A DNA stretch of 64,000 bases, from positions 1 through 64,000 of the forward strand of contig CAZXWN010000012.1 of assembly GCA_964644695.1 (NCBI GenBank). Reading direction: 5' to 3'. Made by a program: the position numbers and the translations under genes. Every line of letters begins with the position of its first letter. Position 1 is the first letter of the stretch. Of the stretch, positions 48,446 to 55,840 are shown piece after piece. The notes under the pieces were generated by a model, which saw only the letters and a list, made by a program, of their open reading frames with translations, ran no database searches and was not told the DNA's origin. The stretch comes from an uncultured bacterium (GTDB lineage Bacteria; UBP4; UBA4092).

Positions 48446-49033
48446 ATGATACGAGTTAACTTATTGCCACAATTAGAAAAACAAAAAAGAGCCACCCAAG
48501 TCCCACCTTTCTTTCTTTGGGCATTGTTGGCGGCAATTGCTATCGTTGCCTGTACCTACTTCTTTCAACAATTTCGTGTAACCACCGCAAAACGGGATAT
48601 TAAACGAATGGAGAAAGAATTAAAGGAAATGTCTCCTAAAGTGGCTTCGTACCAGCAGCAACTCAAAGACCTTGAGCAAAAGAAACAAGCTCAAGACGAA
48701 TTGACCCGTTACAAATTTCTATGGTCTAAGAAGCTAAATGCACTTTCGAACATTTTGCCGGACAATATGAAATTTCAGCAGATTCGGGTGGAAAATAGAG
48801 ACAGCGAAAAAGTCCTACATATTGAAGGTGTTTCATATTGCCGGTCTGGTGAAGAACGTACCGAGCAAATTGGAAAACTGATTACAGCGCTTAAAACCCC
48901 GGACTTCTACAACAAACCAAGTGGAGAGCCCAATTTCGGAGAAATTAAACTCCTGAAAGCAACAAGCACTGAAGAAGGTAAAGACATGGGGCTTCAGGTT
49001 TTTGATTTCGCAATTGAAATGGTGATTCTTTAA
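48446..49033 (+). CDS. pilN: Type IV pilus assembly protein PilN
   Basis: MIRVNLLP motif, TM, coiled coil and LSNILPDNM. Confidence 0.88.
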   Translation: MIRVNLLPQLEKQKRATQVPPFFLWALLAAIAIVACTYFFQQFRVTTAKRDIKRMEKELKEMSPKVASYQQQLKDLEQKKQAQDELTRYKFLWSKKLNALSNILPDNMKFQQIRVENRDSEKVLHIEGVSYCRSGEERTEQIGKLITALKTPDFYNKPSGEPNFGEIKLLKATSTEEGKDMGLQVFDFAIEMVIL

Positions 49034-49054
49034 GGAGATTGGAAGGAATTCTTT

Positions 49055-49666
49055 ATGGCAAATCCGATGACCAAAGAAGAAAAACAATGGGTAGTCGTAA
49101 CCATCATGTTTGTGGCTGTCATCTTGGTCGCTTTTTATTTCCTTTATTTCAAAAAATCAGTCGGTGAGTATAGTAAAATTGCTAAAACCCGCACTGAACT
49201 GAAAGAAGAAGTAAAGTCGATGAAAGATGTCCTTGAAGGGGGCTCTTTGCAGAACCAGATTGCAGACTTGGAAGTTAAGATTGCTCGTTTTGAAGAAAGA
49301 CTGCCCAGTGAAAAGGATGTTCCAAAATTAATGACATTTTTACGGGAAGCCGCAGACTCTGCAGGTGTTTCCTATAAATCCATCGCCACAATGCCACAAG
49401 TTCCTGAAACTTATTATATTGAGATCCCATATAATGTGGAGTTGATTGGGCGTTACCATAATATTGGCCGATTTTTAAATCAAGTTGAGAATCAAACCCG
49501 TATTATGAAGGTTGATAGTATGGATTTGACCGCTGCTTCAGGTGAAGAAATTGGTCATAGCGCGAAATTCCGTTTGGTTACCTATATGTATAATCCTGTC
49601 GGTGTTGTTTCGGAAGATACTACCTCCGCGGACAAAGACAAGAAGAAGAAAAAGAAGGAGAAATAA
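49055..49666 (+). CDS. pilO: Type IV pilus assembly protein PilO
   Basis: TM, LPSEKDVPKL, YIEIP and GRYHNIGRFL...RIM. Confidence 0.9.
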   Translation: MANPMTKEEKQWVVVTIMFVAVILVAFYFLYFKKSVGEYSKIAKTRTELKEEVKSMKDVLEGGSLQNQIADLEVKIARFEERLPSEKDVPKLMTFLREAADSAGVSYKSIATMPQVPETYYIEIPYNVELIGRYHNIGRFLNQVENQTRIMKVDSMDLTAASGEEIGHSAKFRLVTYMYNPVGVVSEDTTSADKDKKKKKKEK

Positions 49667-49671
49667 CCATC

Positions 49672-50187
49672 ATGCGGAAGCTATTTTCTCAACTGATATT
49701 GGTCATGTTATTGGCTGCATGTTGCATTCAGTGGGCTAGTGCAATAAGAGTTATTGATGAAGCCCCTGCGGCAGCAGATACAGCCTCTGCAGCTAAACCC
49801 GTTCTGAATCCTGCTGTTCCTGATGACGCAGATTTTCCTACTTATCAATACGACAGCAAGGGTAAGAGCGATCCTATGGAAGTGCCGTGGAGGTCTGGTG
49901 CACCGTTAGTATCAAAGACTTCTCCAGGTGCTAATGGGAAGGTTGATGTTAAACCCGCGGATTTGGAGATTAATGTTCGTGAAGTCGTGAAATCTCAGCT
50001 TACGGGTATTGTTTATAATGAAAGCGTTCCATCAACTTCCAGTGTGATTCTGAATGGGAAGCTGGCTAAGGCCGGTAATACCATTCAGTTAAAAGGTCTG
50101 CCTGAGTCTTTAAAACTGACCCGTATAACCAAAAACGAAATTCTGGTGACATACCAGAAAAAATCATATTCCATTAAGTTGAATTAA
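49672..50187 (+). CDS. pilP: PilP-like protein
   Basis: Signal peptide, YDSKGKSDPM (YxxxxxRDPF-like), LTGIVY...VILNG...GNTI beta domain. Sits between pilO and pilQ. Confidence 0.6.
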   Translation: MRKLFSQLILVMLLAACCIQWASAIRVIDEAPAAADTASAAKPVLNPAVPDDADFPTYQYDSKGKSDPMEVPWRSGAPLVSKTSPGANGKVDVKPADLEINVREVVKSQLTGIVYNESVPSTSSVILNGKLAKAGNTIQLKGLPESLKLTRITKNEILVTYQKKSYSIKLN

Positions 50188-50191
50188 AAAC

Positions 50192-51787
50192 ATGCTAATA
50201 AAATGCCAGCAGTTCATTGATGCCATGGGAGGAAATCCACCGATGAGATTCGGAAATGAACACAAAGCCCACACAATTTGGACCCGAGGGATATTAAGTA
50301 CTATCCTGGTCGTGTCCCTGATATCTGTACCGTTAACACTTGTAACGGCAGATGAACCCAATCCCGCGTATAAAGCAACAAAGGTTAAGAAAGTCAGTGT
50401 TAGTGCTGAAGCAGAGAAAGCCATGGCTGCAATCGCCCCCATGGATCGTCTGGTCTCTGCCTCATTTTCACAGGCTGACTTGCCGGATGTAATCCGAGTT
50501 TTGTCTGAACAGGCAAAATTGAACATCTATGCTGGCCCGGAGGTTGTTGGTAAAGTGACCCTCCAGGTCCAGAATCGCCCTGTAGGTGAAGTATTAAAAT
50601 ATGTTCTTGATATAAATGGCTTTAACTTTGAGCAAATTGGTGATGATGCTGTACGCGTTTATGCCAAACCTCAACCAGTTAAACCAGAACCTCCTGCCCC
50701 CAAGGGTCCAATAACCAAGGTTTTTGCAGTTGATTATTCTGGTGCCGATGAAATTGCAACAGCTATCGAAAAGCTTATCAAAGTGGATGCTATCCAGACG
50801 ATGAAAGCCCCGGCTCTAAATAAGGGAAGCCGTGGCAATGTTGTCTCTGGTGCAGGTACTATTATTGTTACTGCTAATGATGATGTAATGAAACAAGTTG
50901 AACAATTGATCCGTAAATTGGATAAACCCATTCAACAAGTCATGATTGACATTCGGATGGTCAGCATTCAGTTAGAGTCTAATAAGGATTTAGGCTTTGG
51001 CTGGGATGGTGCCTTGGGTGGTTCCTGGAATGGTGCTAATGCGGTAGGTGTTGGTTATACTCCTGCCATGGGAAATTTATTTAATACATCGACAACCATT
51101 GCAGGATTAATATCAGCACCATTTTCTGCAGGTGGTTTAACTAATGGAAATCTGGGTAATTTTGTCTTCAATCTTTCAACGGATAGCCGCTCCTTGGTGG
51201 GTGCTCTCAGAGCGATGATTGAAGAACAAAAGGCTGATTTGTTGGCTAATCCTCGTTTGATTGCTTTAAATAATACTGAGTCAAATTTTGATTTAACGGA
51301 AGAACTTCCTTATGTTGAATTTCAGTTAGATCAACAGACAAATACATTGACCGGAACTGCTAAGTTTGATAAAAAAGCAGGAATTCAATTAACTGTCGCT
51401 CCACAGATTACTTCTGATGGCAGAATTCTGATGAGGGTTGTTCCTGAACAAACACTACATAAAGGTGATGTCAAAATACAAACCGCAGCAGGTGCACCCA
51501 TAACAGGAATTCCAATTATTGATATCAGGAAAGTGGATGTGACCGTGATGATGAATAATGGTCAGACTTTAGTGATAGGTGGGTTAAGAAGTAAGAATGA
51601 AACTCTCACTGAGAGTAAAATTCCATGGTTGTCTGATATCCCAATGTTAGGAAATCTCTTTAAGATGAAAAGCACGGCTACAACTCGGAGTGAGTTGGTT
51701 ATCTTAGTGACCCCAACGATAGTTCCGAATGATGTGGCCTTAACTACGGAAGAAAAGATGATGTATGACAAGGTGGATTTCTTTTAA
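50192..51787 (+). CDS. pilQ: Type IV pilus secretin PilQ (short, no AMIN domains)
   Basis: N0 (VSASFSQADLPDVIR), one KH domain, QQVMIDIRMV, LLANPRL and KIPWLSDIPMLGNLFK. Start uncertain (alternative Met at 50243). Confidence 0.88.
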   Translation: MLIKCQQFIDAMGGNPPMRFGNEHKAHTIWTRGILSTILVVSLISVPLTLVTADEPNPAYKATKVKKVSVSAEAEKAMAAIAPMDRLVSASFSQADLPDVIRVLSEQAKLNIYAGPEVVGKVTLQVQNRPVGEVLKYVLDINGFNFEQIGDDAVRVYAKPQPVKPEPPAPKGPITKVFAVDYSGADEIATAIEKLIKVDAIQTMKAPALNKGSRGNVVSGAGTIIVTANDDVMKQVEQLIRKLDKPIQQVMIDIRMVSIQLESNKDLGFGWDGALGGSWNGANAVGVGYTPAMGNLFNTSTTIAGLISAPFSAGGLTNGNLGNFVFNLSTDSRSLVGALRAMIEEQKADLLANPRLIALNNTESNFDLTEELPYVEFQLDQQTNTLTGTAKFDKKAGIQLTVAPQITSDGRILMRVVPEQTLHKGDVKIQTAAGAPITGIPIIDIRKVDVTVMMNNGQTLVIGGLRSKNETLTESKIPWLSDIPMLGNLFKMKSTATTRSELVILVTPTIVPNDVALTTEEKMMYDKVDFF

Positions 51788-51851
51788 GCTAAATCCATGA
51801 AAGTGTTTTCTCCCGCAAAATCAGTTAAAATAGAAGTGCTGGCATTTACTG

Positions 51852-51883
51852 ACAGGCAATCCTGCGTATGCAGGGTTGCCTGT
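51852..51883 (+). terminator. Hairpin between pilQ and rsfS
   Basis: ACAGGCAATCCTGC/GCAGGGTTGCCTGT with a weak U tract. Confidence 0.5.
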
Positions 51884-51904
51884 TAATTTAGAAAAGGAAT
51901 TTGC

Positions 51905-52294
51905 ATGACATTGAAAAAAAAGATAGAAGGACAAGACCTTGCACTTAAAATAGCAGATTTGGCAGAAGACTTAAAAGCCTCTGATGTTATGGTAATGGAC
52001 TTACGAAAGTTGTCTAATTTCTCAGATTATTTTGTAATTTGTTCGGGTGATTCAGATACGCATGCACGAGCAATTGCCGACCATGTGGTGGATGAGCTGG
52101 AAGCTCAGAAAATAAATGTGCTACACCAGGAAGGCAGTGATTGGGGATTATGGGTTCTTTTAGATTATGGCGATGTTGTGGTTCATGTATTTGAAAAGGA
52201 CACCCGTCAATATTACGATCTGGAGCGGTTATGGGGAGATGCAGACATTGTTCGGGGTGCATTCCCTGTTGAAGAGAAAAAGCTGACGGATTAA
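51905..52294 (+). CDS. rsfS: Ribosomal silencing factor
   Basis: DYFVICSG, WVLLDYGDVVVHVF and RQYYDLERLW. Confidence 0.95.
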   Translation: MTLKKKIEGQDLALKIADLAEDLKASDVMVMDLRKLSNFSDYFVICSGDSDTHARAIADHVVDELEAQKINVLHQEGSDWGLWVLLDYGDVVVHVFEKDTRQYYDLERLWGDADIVRGAFPVEEKKLTD

Positions 52295-52303
52295 AGGCAT
52301 ATT

Positions 52304-52341
52304 AAAAAATCGGCGAAAAGATTAACCTTTTCGCCGATTTT
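52304..52341. terminator. Bidirectional terminator rsfS/rlmI
   Basis: AAAATCGGCGAAAAG/CTTTTCGCCGATTTT between convergent genes. Confidence 0.8.
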
Positions 52342-52342
52342 G

Positions 52343-53533
52343 TTATTTCATGTTATTAACCTGGATTGTAAGGCATTTCAGGTATTCTGTTTCAGGCACA
52401 GACATTAAAATGGGATGATCAAGAGACTGGTTTCCTGTACGAAGTAATCGTAATTGGGATCCACTCTTAGTCGCGGCTTCCTGTACCAGATCTCTGAACT
52501 CATCACGGTGGACCAATTGAGAACAGGATGAAGTAATAAGGACTCCCCCAGGTTTAACCAATGACATGGCGAGTCGGTTTAATTTAACGTAACCTTTTCT
52601 AGCTGCAGGTAAATGAGGTCTTGATTTAGCAAAAGCAGGAGGGTCACAAATTACTAGGTCATATTGTTTTTTATCGCGGATCCATGCGGGTAATATCTCC
52701 ATAACATCACCTTTTTGGAACTGACATGAGGTGAAACCATTAGATGCAGCATTCTTTCTCGCTAACTCCAAGGCAGAAGATGAACTATCTATTCCCAGAA
52801 TATGGCTGGCTCCAAAATTTGCTGCATATAATGCCCATGGACCAACTCCACAAAAAAGGTCAAGAACTTCTTTACCTTTGACCAAGTCTGAGATACTCTG
52901 ACGATTTATCCTATGATCAAAGAAAAATCCAGTTTTTTGGCCTTCCAAGACATTTACTGTTAATTTAATGCCATCTTGATAAATATCAATAGATTCTGAA
53001 GGGGTCCCTGCTAAGACACCTTGAGTTGGCGCTAATCCCTCGTAGTTTCGAATCGTAGCATCGCTACGCTCCAGAATAAAGGATGGGCTGACTAATCTGG
53101 TTAGTTGTTCCACAATAGTGTCTTTGCATTTTTCCATTCCAGCGGTCATTATCTGTATGACAAGAGCTTCTCCGTATCGGTCCACGACTAATCCTGGCAG
53201 ATAGTCTCCCTCAGAATAAATCATTCGATATGAAGTATCTCCCGGATATATAGATTCTCGGTATTGGAGTGCTTTTTGAAAGCGACGGAAAAAGAAGTCT
53301 TCGCCAATGTTTTCTTCTTTGCTTCGAGTTAGAATGCGACCGGCTATTAATGAGTGGGGATTGTAATATCCGCGGCCAAGAAAACGCCCCTCATCGGATA
53401 TAAAATCAACAAGTGTTCCTGGCGCCAGTTTTGGTTGTTTGGTTAACTCATTACTAAATACCCAAAGGTGTCCGGATTGAATCCGTTGAGTATGCTTCTT
53501 TTGCACGATTATGTCTGGATAGTTTATCATCAT
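52343..53533 (-). CDS. rlmI: RlmI-family rRNA m5C methyltransferase
   Basis: GHLWVFSNE PUA domain, SEGDYLPGLVVDRY, GQKTGFFFDHR, DPPAFAK and PETEYLK. Confidence 0.88.
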   Translation of the reverse strand: MMINYPDIIVQKKHTQRIQSGHLWVFSNELTKQPKLAPGTLVDFISDEGRFLGRGYYNPHSLIAGRILTRSKEENIGEDFFFRRFQKALQYRESIYPGDTSYRMIYSEGDYLPGLVVDRYGEALVIQIMTAGMEKCKDTIVEQLTRLVSPSFILERSDATIRNYEGLAPTQGVLAGTPSESIDIYQDGIKLTVNVLEGQKTGFFFDHRINRQSISDLVKGKEVLDLFCGVGPWALYAANFGASHILGIDSSSSALELARKNAASNGFTSCQFQKGDVMEILPAWIRDKKQYDLVICDPPAFAKSRPHLPAARKGYVKLNRLAMSLVKPGGVLITSSCSQLVHRDEFRDLVQEAATKSGSQLRLLRTGNQSLDHPILMSVPETEYLKCLTIQVNNMK

Positions 53534-53598
53534 ATACCTGTATTATTTAGATGAATCTATTTTATAGTATATTTACTCTCAGATAAGAAAGAGAATTT

Positions 53599-54129
53599 AT
53601 GGCCGCTGAATGGGTAACAGGAAAAACACTGTGGATTCGGATGGGAATACTGGTTTGTGTGATTGTTTTTGTATGGATATACTTTTTTCATATACAGCCT
53701 CATCCATATCGGAAGGTGTGGATTGGTGTAGTGGCTCCAATGGACAGGCCAAATTCTCAATTCATTGAGTATGGTACTGAAGCTGCTGTTTTTCGCTGGA
53801 ATCTGAATGGTGGAATATTTAGTTTGATGATTAAAGAAGATAAATGTACTCCCAGAACATTAATCAATGAGGCCCAGATTTTATATGGTTATCAGACAGT
53901 TAGAAATCTGTTGGGAGTCATTGTTGCTGCAGATTCTACACATTCTAGAGTCTGGCAATACAAGCAGGGGATACCTATTTTTTATGCAGTCGATTCTGCG
54001 GGTGCTGACCAGGCCGTTAATTCATTATTGAAAGCAATTAAGGAAAATTACACGATTAACAGAGAAATAATATATTCTATTGTTTCATCTCAAACAAAAC
54101 AGTATCCAGTTTCAGAGGTGCCCCATTAA
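53599..54129 (+). CDS. Membrane-anchored protein resembling an internally deleted LivJ/LivK (type 1 periplasmic-binding) protein
   Basis: TM followed by WIGVVAPM...AAVFRWNLNGGI...EDKCTP (LivJ N-terminal pattern) and DQAVNSLLKAI (C-terminal helix pattern). Only 176 aa. Confidence 0.45.
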   Translation: MAAEWVTGKTLWIRMGILVCVIVFVWIYFFHIQPHPYRKVWIGVVAPMDRPNSQFIEYGTEAAVFRWNLNGGIFSLMIKEDKCTPRTLINEAQILYGYQTVRNLLGVIVAADSTHSRVWQYKQGIPIFYAVDSAGADQAVNSLLKAIKENYTINREIIYSIVSSQTKQYPVSEVPH

Positions 54130-55840
54130 AACAACTTCTTATACGCTTTTTATTTGTGGATTACTGCTTCTAATTGGGATTCCAGTGTTGATCCCTTTCC
54201 TTAATCCTCATTATTTTATTCTCACGCATGACCAATACTTTCCTTTGCATCGGTTGATGGCCATGGATCAATGTTTGCAAGAGGGGCAATTTCCTCCTCG
54301 ATGGGTTGGGTTCTTGGGATTAGGATACGGATATCCTTTATTTAATTATTATGCGCCGTTGGCTTATTACTTAGCCTGGCCCATTTTGAAAGTGACTGGA
54401 AATCCTGTTGTTGCAATCCATAGTGTGTTTGTTTTGGGTTTGTCCTTCGGAGGATGGGGTGTTTGGAAATGGTTGAAACGATATGTGACAACTCCAAGAG
54501 TTGCTTGGTTAGGTGTGGCATTGTATGTTTATTTCCCCTACCATTGGGTCAATGCCTGTGTAAGAGGCGATATTTCTGAACTATTGGCGTCGTCGTTTTT
54601 TTTCTGGGTCTTATGGTCGATAGATATTCTGGGAGACGATTTATCTGATAGGAAATCGATATACTCAGTGGGCCTGTTAGGTAGTTTTTTTTATGCTGCA
54701 ATATTACTCAGTCATAATATTACTTCCCTAATATTTAGCGGATTTTTGATTATCTATTGCATAGTTCACTTTTACCGTTCAAAGAAATCCTGGCTGCTTG
54801 TTACTGTAATGATTTTGGGTGGATTGGGACTGGCTTGTTTTTTTTGGTTGCCTGCTTTTATTGAAAAAAAATACGTGGGCGTTGAATCTTTATTAAGGGA
54901 TGCGCCTTTCTGGGAACACTATGTCTATCCTCAACAGTTATTTATTCCATCCTATGGGTTTGGGGGCAGTGTTTCAGGCCTATCAGATGGAATGAGTTTC
55001 AATGTTGGTTTATTTCATTGGGTGATGGCCGTAGCAGGGTTATATTTATTGATCAAGAGGCGCTGGGCTGGTCCTTTGTATAGGCTGGGTTGGATACACG
55101 GTATTGGCTTATGTGTGCTCCTGATTATGATGACCCCCATCAGTTATATGGTATGGAAGATGACACCCTTATTCCCATTTGTTATGTACCCCTGGAGATT
55201 ATTGTCCCTGGTTGCTATTCCGTTAGTGTTCTTATCTGTAATGTCTTTTGATAAATTATTGTTAGGTAAACCTTCGCAATACATAAATCTGGTGTTGTTA
55301 TTGTCTATATTGGTTGTTGTTGCTTTGATTTTTCCGTATTGGGGCAGAGCTCGCCACATTCTGTATGATCCTCAGGTTCTAAGTCGGCAGATAGTATGGA
55401 ACATTGAGCGCCAGACAGGGACATATGGCACAACTATGAGTAATGAGTATTTACCCAAAACTGTTATCCAGATGCCAGAACAACCATCGAGTTATCCTGT
55501 CTTGTATGAAAATTTAGAATGGGTCTCTGATCTTCGAATAGAATCACAGAATGGGTCTTATGGTCAGTATCAAATAAACTCTGATATTGAACGAAAAATA
55601 ATCATAAACCGATTTATGTTCCCTGGTTGGTACGTCAAAGTAAATGGGAATTCAGTCCCGATATCATCCACTAGAAATGGATTGATACAGGTGGTAATAC
55701 CTGCAGGACAATCCATTATTGAAGTAAGCTGGGGGCGAACACGGACTAGAATGATTGCTGAATGGATTTCCATTGTCTCAATATTGGGTTGGTTGGGATT
55801 GGCTTGGAGAAGTGTGAAAATTAAGCCAGAACTTACTTGA
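54080..55840 (+). CDS. GT-C-like membrane protein (6-pyruvoyl-tetrahydropterin synthase-related membrane family, YfhO-like C-terminus)
   Basis: THD, FPPRW, GYGYPLFNYYAPL, RGDISE, FWLPA, YPWRLL, EYLP and FPGWYVKVNG. Start uncertain. Confidence 0.75.
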   Translation: MFHLKQNSIQFQRCPIKTTSYTLFICGLLLLIGIPVLIPFLNPHYFILTHDQYFPLHRLMAMDQCLQEGQFPPRWVGFLGLGYGYPLFNYYAPLAYYLAWPILKVTGNPVVAIHSVFVLGLSFGGWGVWKWLKRYVTTPRVAWLGVALYVYFPYHWVNACVRGDISELLASSFFFWVLWSIDILGDDLSDRKSIYSVGLLGSFFYAAILLSHNITSLIFSGFLIIYCIVHFYRSKKSWLLVTVMILGGLGLACFFWLPAFIEKKYVGVESLLRDAPFWEHYVYPQQLFIPSYGFGGSVSGLSDGMSFNVGLFHWVMAVAGLYLLIKRRWAGPLYRLGWIHGIGLCVLLIMMTPISYMVWKMTPLFPFVMYPWRLLSLVAIPLVFLSVMSFDKLLLGKPSQYINLVLLLSILVVVALIFPYWGRARHILYDPQVLSRQIVWNIERQTGTYGTTMSNEYLPKTVIQMPEQPSSYPVLYENLEWVSDLRIESQNGSYGQYQINSDIERKIIINRFMFPGWYVKVNGNSVPISSTRNGLIQVVIPAGQSIIEVSWGRTRTRMIAEWISIVSILGWLGLAWRSVKIKPELT

